DNA of 64,000 nucleotides, from positions 128,001 through 192,000 of the forward strand of contig CAVTHK010000010.1 of NCBI GenBank assembly GCA_963734495.1. The letters are read 5' to 3'. This document shows positions 21,207 to 31,800 of the stretch, piece after piece. Within the stretch, counting starts at the first letter, position 1; each line of letters opens with the position of its first letter. A program made the translations under genes and the position numbers. The stretch is from an uncultured Spirochaetota bacterium. GTDB lineage: Bacteria; Spirochaetota; Spirochaetia; SZUA-6; CAVTHK01. The notes below the pieces were generated by a model. It saw only the letters and a program-made list of their open reading frames with translations, was not told the DNA's origin and did no database searches.

Positions 21207-21911
21207 ATGGTAAGGGCGGAGCTTATCAAGCGCAGTCCCCTGAGGATCCTGGAAAAGACGACCCACGGCGGTCTCGGCAAGGGCAACGTCGGGGTCGTCG
21301 CCGCGAAGAAAGGCACGGGCAAGACCGCTTTTCTGGTCCACCTCGCCACCGACCAGCTCTTCCAGGGCAGGCACGTGATCCACGTCTCGTACGCCGGCAA
21401 GACCGACCACATCATCGACTGGTACGAGGAGATCTTCGAGGAGATCGCCGAACGGTACCATCTCGACGGCCCGCACGAGGCCCACGACCAGGCCGTGAGG
21501 AACCGCGTCATCATGAACTTCAACCAGTCCGCGGTGCCGGTCTCGCAGGTCGCGCGCAGCCTGGCGGCCATGATCCGTGACGGCCACTTCGACGCCGACC
21601 TCGTCATCGTCGACGGCTTCGACTTCGGCAGGGCGAGCCCGGCCGACATCGAGCAGTTCCGCGCCTTCGCGCGCGAGATGGAGCTGGAGGTGTGGTTCAG
21701 CGCGACGCTCCCGCAGGACGAGGAAGTGCCGCCCGGGGTGCCGCCGCTGGTCTCCCGCTACCTGCCGGTGATCGACGTGCTTCTGGTGCTCAGGCCGCGG
21801 GAGAACTACCTGCTTCTGGACCTGCTCAAGGACCACGGCTACCCGGTGCCGGACAACCTGCACCTCGAGCTCGACCCGAAAATCCTGCTCATTCTGGAGC
21901 GGCCCGCCTGA
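21207..21911 (+). CDS. RecA/KaiC-superfamily P-loop ATPase
   Basis: GGLGKGNVGVVAAKKGTGKT Walker A; LVIVDG Walker B; SD GGAGG. Confidence 0.75.
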   Translation: MVRAELIKRSPLRILEKTTHGGLGKGNVGVVAAKKGTGKTAFLVHLATDQLFQGRHVIHVSYAGKTDHIIDWYEEIFEEIAERYHLDGPHEAHDQAVRNRVIMNFNQSAVPVSQVARSLAAMIRDGHFDADLVIVDGFDFGRASPADIEQFRAFAREMELEVWFSATLPQDEEVPPGVPPLVSRYLPVIDVLLVLRPRENYLLLDLLKDHGYPVPDNLHLELDPKILLILERPA

Positions 21912-22197
21912 GGAGCGCGCGCACGCCCGCGAGCGCGTCGCGCCCGAGCGAAAGCCTCTTGTGGCGCGACGTCCCGCCCGCGGAGAGCGTGACGGACGAC
22001 CGCGGCACCCCGAGCAGGCCCGCGAGGTAGCGGACGAGCTCGAGGTTCGCACGCCCCTTTTCGGGCGCCGCGGCGACGCGCACCCACAACTCGCCGTCGC
22101 GGACGCCGCGGAGCTCGTTCTTAGGCGCGCCCGGGGTCACCCGCACCCTCAGCACGAGATGGTCGGCGAGAATGTCGTAGCACTCGTGTCCGCTCAT
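21889..22197 (-). CDS. DUF167/YggU family protein
   Basis: VRVTPGA...VRVAAAPEKGRAN..LVRYLA..LGVP.S.V.L..GGTSRHK. Confidence 0.9.
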   Translation of the reverse strand: MSGHECYDILADHLVLRVRVTPGAPKNELRGVRDGELWVRVAAAPEKGRANLELVRYLAGLLGVPRSSVTLSAGGTSRHKRLSLGRDALAGVRALLRRAAPE

Positions 22198-22269
22198 CGC
22201 TCCCGGGCCGCGCCCGCTGCGGCCAAGCCCTCGCTTCCCCGCACCTACATTACCTGTTATATTCGCGTC

Positions 22270-23220
22270 ATGAAAAGTCCATTGATGGCGATCGCCAGCC
22301 GTCTCGAGCAGAACATTGCGCGTGTGTTCGTGGGAAAGGAATCGCAGGTCCGGCTCATGCTGGTCGGGTTCCTGTCCGGCCTGCACGTCCTGATCGAAGA
22401 CATCCCCGGCGTCGGCAAGACCACGCTCGCGCGTTCGCTCGCGTCCAGCGTGGGCCTGGACTTCGGACGCATCCAGTTCACCCCCGACCTCCTCCCCGGC
22501 GACATCGTCGGGATGACCATCTGGAACCAGGAAAAGCGCGACTTCGCCTACAAGGCGGGCGCGATCATGCACCAGTTCATCCTCGCCGACGAGATCAACC
22601 GCGCCTCCCCGCGGACGCAGTCGAGCCTCCTCGAGGCGATGGAAGAAGGCTCAGTGACCGTCGACGGGATCACGCACGCGCTGCCCAAGCCGTTCTTCGT
22701 CATCGCCACTCAGAACCCCGTGAACTTCCTCGGGGCCTTCCCTCTGCCGGAGGCGCAGGTCGACCGCTTCGGCATCTCCTTTTCCCTCGGCTACCCCACG
22801 GAGGACAACGAGGTCGAGATCCTCTCGCGCTTCCAGACGGACAACCCGCTGCTCTCCCTCCATGCTGTCTGCACGCCCGAGGAGATCCTCGAGGTGCGCA
22901 AGCACACGCGCATGGTCCACGTCGACGACAAGATCAAGCACTACATCGCGGCGCTCACCTCTTCGACGCGCCGCGAGCCCCAGATCAAGCTCGGCCTGAG
23001 CCCGCGGGCCACGCAGCACCTCATGCTCGCCAGCCAGACGAGGGCCTTTGTCGAAGGCCGCGACTTCGCGATCCCCGAAGACGTGATCAGCGTCGCCGAG
23101 GGCGTGCTCTCGCACCGCCTCATCCTCTCGGCGGAAGCCAAGATGGAGAACAAGTCGCAGCAGGACATGATCCGCGCGGCGAGGAACCGCATTCCGATCC
23201 CGACGGGCCTCGCGCACTGA
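22270..23220 (+). CDS. MoxR-family AAA+ ATPase
   Basis: HVLIEDIPGVGKT, RIQFTPDLLPGD, DEINRASPRTQSSLLEAMEE, ATQNP, LPEAQVDRF, SPRA. Confidence 0.95.
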   Translation: MKSPLMAIASRLEQNIARVFVGKESQVRLMLVGFLSGLHVLIEDIPGVGKTTLARSLASSVGLDFGRIQFTPDLLPGDIVGMTIWNQEKRDFAYKAGAIMHQFILADEINRASPRTQSSLLEAMEEGSVTVDGITHALPKPFFVIATQNPVNFLGAFPLPEAQVDRFGISFSLGYPTEDNEVEILSRFQTDNPLLSLHAVCTPEEILEVRKHTRMVHVDDKIKHYIAALTSSTRREPQIKLGLSPRATQHLMLASQTRAFVEGRDFAIPEDVISVAEGVLSHRLILSAEAKMENKSQQDMIRAARNRIPIPTGLAH

Positions 23221-23310
23221 CCCGGGCCGGCCCTCCCGGAGACACGACCATTCCCTCGCCTTGCGGCCGGCGCCCGCGCGCGCTATAAAGGCCCGAGAGG
23301 AGGCGCCGCC

Positions 23311-24100
23311 GTGACACGCATCGGTATCCTCGGATTCGGCAACATGGGAAGCGCCCTGGCCGCGGGCCTGCAGCGTTCCGGCGGCTTCGCCGTGACGGTC
23401 AACGACATCCGGCCGGAGCGGGCGCGAAGAGGCGCGGGAGCGCTTCGGCCTCGCCGTGGTCGACGACAAGAAGGAGCTCTTCGCGGGCTCCGACATCGTC
23501 GTGATCGCGGTCAAGCCGCAGGAGTGGCGCGGCCTGGCGCCGTTGCTCGGCGGGGTGGGGCGCGGCCGCGCGGCCATCAGCATCATGGCCGGAGTGGGGC
23601 TGGCGGGGATCCGGGAGGAGCTGCAGGCGGATGCGGTCGCGCGCTTCATGCCCAACCTGGCGGCACGGGAGGGCAAGGCGCTGGTCGGCGTGGCGTTCAG
23701 CGAGCCGGCGTCCGAGCCTTTCCGCGAGGCGGCACTCGACGTGGCCCGCGCCATCGGCACTCCGCTCGAGGTGCGCGAATCCCTGATGGCCGCCATCACC
23801 GGCATCTCGGGCTCCGGCATCGCGTTCGTCTTCGCTTTCCTCCACGCCATGGCGCTGGGCGGCGTCTCCGTGGGTCTCGCCTACCCCAAGGCGCTCACGG
23901 CCGCTCTCGCGACGATCGAGGGCGCCGTCGAGGTCGTGCGCCGCAGCGGCGAGAACCCCACCGAGTGGCTCACGCGAGTCATCTCGCCCGCGGGCACGAC
24001 GATCAGGGGCGTCGAGGCCCTCGAGGCCGGCGGATTCACCCATGCGGTGATCAAGGCGATCGAGGCGGCCACCGCCCGGGCGCTGGAGCTGGAGAGCTGA
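23311..24100 (+). CDS. proC: pyrroline-5-carboxylate reductase (apparent frameshift near 23425)
   Basis: IGILGFGNMG in one frame; IAVKPQ, RFMPN, TGISGSG, VISPAGTTIRGVEALE in the next frame. Confidence 0.9.
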
Positions 24101-24109
24101 GGGACCCTT

Positions 24110-25390
24110 TCAGGGCTTCAGCACGTCCGCGCCGACCCAGTCGCGCAGCACCTCGGGGACCACGACGCTGCCGTCGGCCTGCTGGTGCTGCTCGCACATC
24201 GCGGGGATGACCCGGCTGGTGGCAAGCCCGGAGGCGTTCAGCGTGTGCACCAGGGCGTTCTTGCCGCCCCGGGACGGCTTGTATCGGATGTTGCCGCGCC
24301 GCGCCTGGTAGTCGCGCGCGTTCGAGGCGGAGCTCACTTCCTTGAACTCGCCGATGCTCGGGATCCAGACCTCTATGTCGAACGTGCGCGCCATCGCCGC
24401 GCTGCAGTCGCCCGCCGCGAGCTTGCTCACCCGGTAGTGCAGCCCCAGCCCCTCGACGAGGCGCTCCGCCTTGCCGATGAGCTCCTCCATGGCCGCGTCC
24501 GAGCCTTCGGGCGTCGTGTACTGGACCATCTCCACCTTGTTGAACTGGTGCCCGCGGATCGTCCCGCGCTCCTCGGTGCGGTAGCTGCCGGCCTCTCGCC
24601 GGTAGCAGGGGGTGTACGCGCACAGCCGGATCGGCAGGTCCTCCTCCCGGAGGATCTCGTCGCGGTAGAGGTTGACCAGGGCGGTCTCTGCCGTCGGCAG
24701 CAGGAACTGCGTCGGCTGCTCCTTGTCGTCTCGCGCGAGGGCGAAGACGTCGCCCGAGAACTTCGGGAACTGCCCGGCGGTGTAGCCGCAGGCGTAGTTC
24801 AGGAGATGCGGCGGGAGAACGAGCTCGTAGCCGTCCTTCTGGTGCTCGCGGATGAAGTAATTGATCAGCGCCCACTCGAGCCGGGCGCCCATGCCGCGGT
24901 AGATCCAGAACCCGGTGCCGCCCAGCTTGACTCCGCGCTCGAAGTCGATCAGGCCGAGGCTCTGAGCGAGGGCTACATGGTCTTTCGGCTCGAAAGCGAA
25001 CTCCGGCCTGGTCCCTCTCAGGCGCAGGACCTGGTTCGCTTCCTTCCCGCCCGCCGGCACGTCCTCGTCCGGCAGGTTGGGCAGGGCGTCGAGGATCTCC
25101 TGCACCTGCTCTTCGGCCAGGGCGCGCTCGGCGTCGAGCGCCTTGATCTGGTCCGAGACCGCCTTCATCTCCGTCATCAGGGCGGAGACGTCCTGGCCGC
25201 TCTTCCTGAGGCGCGGGATGTCCGCCGACACCTTGTTGCGCTTCGCCTTGAGCTCCTCGGAGCGCGTGATCAGGTCGCGGCGCGCCGCGTCGCTCGCGAG
25301 CAGCTTGCCCAGGTCCACGTCGGCGCCGCGCTTGAGCAGGCCGCGCCTCACCCGCTCCGGATCTTCCCTGATCAGATTGAGGTCGAGCAT
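24110..25390 (-). CDS. serS: serine-tRNA ligase
   Basis: MLDLNLIRE, LPTAET, YRREAGS, RGHQFNKVEM, EVSSASN...YQARR, HTLNASGLA. Confidence 0.98.
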   Translation of the reverse strand: MLDLNLIREDPERVRRGLLKRGADVDLGKLLASDAARRDLITRSEELKAKRNKVSADIPRLRKSGQDVSALMTEMKAVSDQIKALDAERALAEEQVQEILDALPNLPDEDVPAGGKEANQVLRLRGTRPEFAFEPKDHVALAQSLGLIDFERGVKLGGTGFWIYRGMGARLEWALINYFIREHQKDGYELVLPPHLLNYACGYTAGQFPKFSGDVFALARDDKEQPTQFLLPTAETALVNLYRDEILREEDLPIRLCAYTPCYRREAGSYRTEERGTIRGHQFNKVEMVQYTTPEGSDAAMEELIGKAERLVEGLGLHYRVSKLAAGDCSAAMARTFDIEVWIPSIGEFKEVSSASNARDYQARRGNIRYKPSRGGKNALVHTLNASGLATSRVIPAMCEQHQQADGSVVVPEVLRDWVGADVLKP

Positions 25391-25517
25391 TGCGGCGCGA
25401 ACACTATCACGGCGGTCGCGCGGCGGTCAAACCTCCCGGGTACAGGAAGGTACAGGAGGCCGGGGGGCGCCAGCCAGGGGCGATGTCCCGCCCGGGGCGG
25501 GGGGCGCCCGCGAGTAC

Positions 25518-25597
25518 GGCGGGCGATTCCGTCCCGCGGCGGGACCAGGGCTCCCACCGAAGGGCGGGCGCTGCCGTCCCGCAGCGGGACGGCAGCG
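25518..25597. repeat. two 28-bp palindrome-containing direct repeats (REP/operator-like)
   Basis: GGCGGGCGATTCCGTCCCGCGGCGGGAC (25518-45) and GGCGGGCGCTGCCGTCCCGCAGCGGGAC (25563-90); a perfect 14-bp inverted repeat at 25569-97 overlaps the second copy. Confidence 0.75.
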
Positions 25598-25666
25598 AAA
25601 ACCGGTCGACAAACGGCGGAGGCTGGCATATATTCAGCGTAGATTCCTTTAGTTGCGAGGCCAAGA

Positions 25667-25906
25667 ATGACTGTCACCTACTGCGATGTCACCGGGAAGG
25701 TTGTCCCTCGTGCGACCACGAACTACACCTGGGAGACCCGGGCAAACCGCTACGAGACGCTCCTCACCAAGGACCTCTCGCCGGACGGCAAAGAGAAGCT
25801 CGACGCCGCCACCCAGCGCATGATGTCGAACAAGAATGTCTTCGCGTTCATGGACTACAAGGCCACCCGCAAGACCGCCCTCGAAAGGGTGACGAGCAGG
25901 CGCTGA
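25667..25906 (+). CDS. small hypothetical protein (79 aa)
   Basis: Coding-like codon bias, SD GAGG, TATATT -10 box upstream. Confidence 0.7.
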   Translation: MTVTYCDVTGKVVPRATTNYTWETRANRYETLLTKDLSPDGKEKLDAATQRMMSNKNVFAFMDYKATRKTALERVTSRR

Positions 25907-25951
25907 CGCGCGCACCCGGACGCGGCCGGGCCTGCCGCCCGCCGAGGTTGC

Positions 25952-27049
25952 ATGAAAGTCGTCCCGTTTCCGCGGGCCGCGGGCTGCCGCGTGATAGCCG
26001 AGGCGGGCACGAGCCACGGCGCGGACCTCGCGAAAGCCCTCGAGCTCGTGGACGCCGCCGCGGAGGCGGGCGCCGACTGCGTCAAGTTCCAGGTCGTATT
26101 CGCTGATGAGCTCATCCACCCGCTCACGGGGCCCGTCGCGCTGCCCGGCGGAGCGGTGGACCTCTATGCGAGCTTCCGCGGCGTCGAGCGCGAGCCCGGG
26201 TTCTACCTGCGCATCCGCGAGCACGCCGAGCGCCGCGGCCTCCTCTTCCTGAGCACCGCCTTCGGCCTCCGCAGCGCGCGGCTCCTGCGCGACATCGGAT
26301 GCCGCGCGCTGAAGATCGCGTCCCCGGAGCTCAACCACTACCCCCTCCTCCGCGAAGCCGCCACCTACGGCCTGCCCCTGGTGCTGTCGACGGGGGTCTC
26401 GACGCTCGCCGACATCGAGCGAGCGATGGACTGCGCGGGGGAGACCGCGGGGCTCCTGTTGCACTGCGTGACCGCCTACCCGGCGCCTCCCGAGGACTAC
26501 AACCTGCGGGTCCTCCAGCCCCTGGCCGCGCTCTTCGGGCTGCCCGTGGGCGTATCGGACCACTCGCTCGACCCGCGCCTGGTCCCGGCGGTCGCGGCCG
26601 CGTGCGGCGCCGCAGCCGTGGAGAAGCACTTCACGCTCGATCGGGCGGGCCGCGGCCTCGACGATCCGATCGCCCTCGAGCCCGCGCAGCTGGCCGCCAT
26701 GGTGCGGACGGTCCGCGCCGTCGAGGGCCGTCCCGATGCGCTGGACGAGCTGCGGCGGGAGCACGGGCAGGCCCGGGTCGACGCGGTGCTCGGCAGCGGC
26801 CGCAAGCGACTCGCGCCTTCGGAGCGCGGGAACTACGGCACGACCAACCGCTCGCTCCACGCCGTGCGCGATCTTCCCGCCTCGACCGTGCTGACGGAGG
26901 ACAACGTCGCGGTCCTGCGCACGGAGAAGAACCTCACGCCGGGCCTCGGCCCGGAGCACCTCGAGCTGATCCTCGGCCGCCGCGTGGTCAGGCCCGTTGC
27001 CGCGGGAGCCGGGATCGTCTGGGACGACGTGCTGCCGCCGCGGGCCTGA
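25952..27049 (+). CDS. NeuB/PseI/SpsE-family nonulosonate synthase with C-terminal SAF/AFP-like domain
   Basis: IAEAGTSHG, ADCVKFQ, LKIASPELN, LSTG, LLHCVTAYP, VSDHSLD, VEKHFTL. Confidence 0.92.
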   Translation: MKVVPFPRAAGCRVIAEAGTSHGADLAKALELVDAAAEAGADCVKFQVVFADELIHPLTGPVALPGGAVDLYASFRGVEREPGFYLRIREHAERRGLLFLSTAFGLRSARLLRDIGCRALKIASPELNHYPLLREAATYGLPLVLSTGVSTLADIERAMDCAGETAGLLLHCVTAYPAPPEDYNLRVLQPLAALFGLPVGVSDHSLDPRLVPAVAAACGAAAVEKHFTLDRAGRGLDDPIALEPAQLAAMVRTVRAVEGRPDALDELRREHGQARVDAVLGSGRKRLAPSERGNYGTTNRSLHAVRDLPASTVLTEDNVAVLRTEKNLTPGLGPEHLELILGRRVVRPVAAGAGIVWDDVLPPRA

Positions 27050-27064
27050 AGTCGCGGCTGAGCC

Positions 27065-28858
27065 TCAGGCCCCCCACAGGGCGTCGCGCAGGCCCGAACG
27101 GCGCTCGGTCCGCGTCTCGACGGCGCTCCGCACGACGGCCTCGCGCCCCCAGATCTCCACGCTGCGCCGCGCCCTGGTGATCGCCGTGTAGAACAGCTCG
27201 CGGGTGAGCACCCGCACCGGCTCCGGCGGCAGCACGAGGAGCACGTCGTCGAACTCCGATCCCTGGCTCTTGTGCACGGTCAGCGCGTAGGCCGGCTCGT
27301 GCTCGGGCAGCCGGGTCGGCGACACGGCGCGCACCGCACCGGAGGACTCGGCGAACCAGACGCGCAGCTCGCCGTCGCCATCCGCGAGGACGAGCCCGAC
27401 GTCGCCGTTGTACAGCCGCTGCACGTGGTCGTTGCGGGTGACGAGCACCGGCAGCCCCGGATACCAGCGGCGGCCCGGCCGCACGAGCCCGGCGGCGGCG
27501 AGGCGGCGCTCGATCCAGCGGTTCAGCTCGATGGAGCCGGTCGGGCCGTTGCGGAGCGCGGCGAGCACGCAGAAGCCGCGGTAGCGGGCGAACGCTTCGG
27601 CGGGATCCGCGGCCCCCAGGTAGGCGGAGAAGCCCGCGACCACGCGGCCTGCGAGGCCCGCCGGATCCTCCACCAGCGCCGCCTCGCCGCCGCCCCGCAG
27701 CACGGCGACCGCGGCATCCGCGTCGCCGCGGTTGACCGCGCGGCTCAGGGCGCCGATGCCGCCCGTCGGGCTGAAGCGATAGCTGCGCTGCAGCGCAACG
27801 ATCGTGTCGCGGAGCGCAGGCGGCGCCGCGCCTGTTGCGCCGGAAGCAAGCGGGACGCCGGCGAGGTCCTTCACCTGGCTCCTGAATTCCTCGGAGAAGG
27901 GCACGTCGTCGAGCGCCTGGCACGCCGGCTGGCCCGGCGCAGAGGTCGCCGAGCACGGCGCCCGCTTCGACGGAGGCGAGCTGGTCGCGGTCGCCGAGCA
28001 GCAGGAGGCGCGTGGGCGTGCGAAAGCAGGCGCACCAGCGAAGCGAGCAGCGCGATGTCGGCCATCGAGGCCTCGTCCAGCACCACGACGTCGGGCGGCC
28101 GCGCCCGGCCGGACCGCAGCTCGTACAGCAGCCTGTGCACGGTGGTGCCGCCTTCGCTGCGCGTTCCCGCGCGGCGGCCGATCGCCTGCGCCAGCCTGTC
28201 CGCGGCCTTGCCGGTCGGCGCGGCGAGGACGGCGGAAATCCCGCCGTGCACCGCGGCGAGCAGGTCGAGGATGCGGCCCGCGACCGTCGTCTTGCCCGTG
28301 CCTGGTCCGCCGGTGACCACGCAGAAGCGGCGCAGGAGCGCGGCGACGGCGGCGACCTTCTGCCAGTCGGGGCCCTCCCCGCCGGCGCTCGCCGGGAACA
28401 GCCGCTCGAGCGCGGCCGCGGCCGCCGCGCGATCGAAGGCCTCGACCGGCGCCGCCGCGCGCGTGCGGATCCAGGCCGCGAGGTCCGCCTCGTAGGACCA
28501 GTACCGGTGAAGGTAGAGGCGACGCGCCCCGCGGTCCAGCACGAGGGGCGCGCGGCCTCCCGGCTCGCAGACGAGGGGCGACGCCTCCAGGGCCGACAGC
28601 CAGTCCTCGAGGCGCGGGCAGCGGACAGGCTCGTCGCCCTCCGCCCTCCTCGCCCTCCCCGATCGTCGCGCCCGCGGCCGCGCCCAGATCGAGGCAGACG
28701 TGACCGTCGGCGGCAGCCCGGCCCGCGAGCGCGGCGGCCAGCAGGACGTCCTCGGAGGCCTCGCCCCCGCCGGTCTCGAGCGACCCGAGCGTGCGGGCGA
28801 GCCAGTAGTCGAGGGGGCCGATCGCTTCGATTTCGCGGAGGCGCTCCAGAACGCTCAT
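27065..28858 (-). CDS. recD: exodeoxyribonuclease V alpha subunit (apparent frameshifts near 28630, 28020, 27935)
   Basis: GHVCLDL, RLYLHRYW, TGGPGTGKTT, APTGKAA, DEASM, LLGDRDQLASVEAG, LYNGDVG, AYALTVHKSQGSEF, YTAITRAR spread over frames. Confidence 0.93.
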   Translation of the reverse strand: MSVLERLREIEAIGPLDYWLARTLGSLETGGGEASEDVLLAAALAGRAAADGHVCLDLGAAAGATIGEGEEGGGRRACPLPAPRGLAVGPGGVAPRLRAGRPRAPRAGPRGASPLPSPVLVLRGGPRGLDPHARGGAGRGLRSRGGRGRARAAVPGERRRGGPRLAEGRRRRRAPAPLLRGHRRTRHGQDDGRGPHPRPARRGARRDFRRPRRADRQGRGQAGAGDRPPRGNAQRRRHHRAQAAVRAAVRPGAAARRRGAGRGLDGRHRAARFAGAPAFARPRASCCSATATSSPPSKRAPCSATSAPGQPACQALDDVPFSEEFRSQVKDLAGVPLASGATGAAPPALRDTIVALQRSYRFSPTGGIGALSRAVNRGDADAAVAVLRGGGEAALVEDPAGLAGRVVAGFSAYLGAADPAEAFARYRGFCVLAALRNGPTGSIELNRWIERRLAAAGLVRPGRRWYPGLPVLVTRNDHVQRLYNGDVGLVLADGDGELRVWFAESSGAVRAVSPTRLPEHEPAYALTVHKSQGSEFDDVLLVLPPEPVRVLTRELFYTAITRARRSVEIWGREAVVRSAVETRTERRSGLRDALWGA

Positions 28859-31800
28859 TCGTCGACGAGCTCCTCCTCGAGCCGGGCCATCTCCTCGTGC
28901 CGGGCCGCGCGAAATGGATCCCGCCGCCCTCGCCGTCGAGGCCGCGGAGGAACGCGTAGATCACGCCGCCAAAGTGGCGCTCGTAGTCGTAGCCTTCGAG
29001 GCGCAGCTTGAGGTAGCGGTGGAGCGCGAGCGCGTAGAGCCTGTACTGCAGCGTGTAGAGCTCCGCGGCCATCACGGCGGCGAGCGCCTCGGTGCGGTAG
29101 TCCGCGGGGTCGGGGCCGAGGTAGTTGCTCTTCCAGTCCACGAGCCAGAAGCGGCCGTCGAGCTGCGGCGACCAGGTCCATGTACCCGCGGAGATACCCG
29201 CGGACAGGCGCCGCGGAGAACCGCTGCTCGGACACCTCGAGGAACGCGGCCAGGCTGCGCGGCGAAATTCTCTTGAGGGGGAAGGTGAAGGGAACCTCGC
29301 GGACCGTCGCCTCCCTCGCCGGCCTCGCTCAGCCTCGAGCGGCCGACGGGGATCGCGGCGGCCCTGCGGCCGAGCTCCGCCAGCGCGGGGAGCCACGACT
29401 CGCCGTAGCCGAACTCGCGCAGCGCCTGCCGCACGACTTCGTCCGCGTCGCCCGCGCGCGCGAAATCGAGCCGCTCGAGCAGCGCGTGCACAAAGGTGCC
29501 CGGCCGGGCGCCGCGCGGGAAGTCGATGAACTCCGGTGTGCCCTCGCGAGCCGAGGCAGCCGCGGGCCGCGCCGGGCCGGCCAGGCCCGCAAGGCCTGGC
29601 TCCTCGTCGCGGTCCGCGGCGTCGTCGCCCGCGCCGGCGTCCCGGCGGGCGAGCCCGTCAGTCCGGCCGACCCCGTCCAGACGGGCAAGCGCGGTGAAGC
29701 TCGTGAGCCTGAAGGCGGCGTCGATCGTACCTGCGAATCCCCGCGCCGAGAGAGCGTCCGGGCTGCCCGCCGCGCGGCGCAGCAGGCCATGTCCCGCGGC
29801 CGGGATCTCTTCGACCGCGATCGCGCCTTTCGCTTCGCGCGCGAGGCGCTCGAGCCGCGCCCTGATCTCGTCGTCGCCCACGCCCTCGAGGCTGTCGACG
29901 CCGCCGTCGGGCGCCGGGTGCAGCAGGTAGCCGAGCGCCGACTTCTCCGCGCGGCTCGCGGCGCCCCAGGCGAACACGAGGCGCTCGCGCGCCCGGGTGA
30001 GCGCCACGTAGAGGAGCCGGAGCTCCTCGGCGAGCGACTCCTGCCGGGCGGCCTCGGCGCGCCGGTCGAGCTCCGCCGTGCCGAGGTCGAGGACCAGCTC
30101 GCCGTTTTCGTGGCACAGGGCGGCATCGCCTTCAGGGTGCTGCGGCAGGTCCCAGAGGAAGGGGCAGTAGACCACCGGCCACTCCCTGCCCTTGGCGAGG
30201 TGGATCGTCACGATCTGCACCGCCTCGGCGTCGGTTTCCATGCGGCTCGCGACCTCGGTCTCCGGCGGATGCATCCGCGTGTCCGCGAGCCACTTGAGCA
30301 GCGCCTCCATGCCGAGGCGGTCGCGGACCGCGGTCTCGTGAAGCTTCTCCGCGAGCTGCGCCAGGCGCGCCAGGCGCAGCTCGCCGTCCGCGAGCGAGAG
30401 CAGCCGCACCGCTACCTTCTCCCTGCCCATCAGGAGCCGGAACATGGGATAGAACCCGCGGCGCGCCCACACGTCCGCGTAGTCGGCAAAGCGGGAGGCC
30501 CAGCCTTCCCACTCGGCATCCGAGAGGGCGTAGATGCGGCCGCCGTCGAGCCCGAGCAGGTCGGTGGCCGCGGCCGCATGCAGCACGTGGCCGCGGCCCG
30601 GCTCGATGACGGCGGCGAGGATCCGCTGGAGCTGCTCGGCTTCGGCTGAGGCAAAGAGGTTCTCGCTGACGTTGCGGACGCTCGGGATTCCCCTCGCCCG
30701 CAGGTGCTCCTGCACCTCGGCCGCGTGCCTGTGCGTGCGCACGAGGATCGCCACATCCCTGGCCGTCACGCGGCCGCCCTGCAGGAGGCGCACGATGTCT
30801 CCCGCCAGGGCGGCCGCGACCTGCTCGCGCGCCGCTTCCTTGGATGGCCGCCTGCCTTGGATGCGGCGGATCAGCCAGATGGCGACCGGGGACAGGCCCG
30901 GCAGCTCACCCGCGCCGTCGCGCGCCGCGGCGACCGGGAGGTAGTCGATGTCCTCCACGAGGAAGGGCCTCGGCCTCGAGGCGAAGATCGCGTTCACCGC
31001 CCGCACCAGCGGCGCCGTGGAGCGCCAGTTCGTTCCCAGCGTAAAGGTGTTTTCCGCGCCGCGCCGCGCCTCGAGGTACGCGTGGACGTCGGCGCCCCGG
31101 AAGCTGTAGATCGCCTGCTTCGGGTCGCCGATGAGAAAGAGCGGCGCCCTGCCGCTGCCGAAGAGCTTGCGGAAGATCTCGAACTGCACGGGATCGGTGT
31201 CCTGGGCCTCGTCGACGAGCGCGGCGTCGTAGCGCGCGCGGACGCTCGCCACGAGGGCGCGAGCGCCGCGGCCGGCGAGAGCGCGGTGCACGTCGAGCAG
31301 GAGGTCGTCGAAGTAGCTCACGCCCAGCTCGGCTTTGCGGCGCCGCAGACCCTCGCGCGCCGCCGACAGCGCCTCGGCGCGCAGCGCGGCGGCGCGGGCG
31401 CGGTAGCCTTGGACCAGCGGCCCGGCCGCGGCGGCGAGCTCCTCGGCCCGCTCGAATGCCGGCGGGAGCGGCGCGCGCGCGTGGTCCTGCTTGAGGGCTG
31501 CCCTCGCCTGGCTCGCCGTGAGCTTCGCGAAGCTTCCGGGGAGGGCGGGGCCGGCGCCGAAGGCGACGATCTGGCGCGCCAGGTCCACCAGCGCCGGCAT
31601 CGACCTGTGCTGGTACCTGTTGCGCGCGAGGGCGGGGCTCTCGAGGAGGAAGCGCTCGGCGCCCGCGTCCCATGCCTCGCGGAACCGTTGCAGCGCCTCC
31701 TCGAAGGCGCGCTCGAGCTTCGCCGGCTTCGCGAGCTTCGCCGCGGCCCGCGGCTCGGGCGCCACGCGCATCCCGAGCCGCGCCCCGTAGCGCGCCACGA

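Noticed and set aside
25485..25597. Possible mini-CRISPR array or T-box leader upstream of serS
   Set aside because: Only two good repeats with a 17-bp spacer and no cas genes; no T-box motif, and the serS promoter lies next to its start codon
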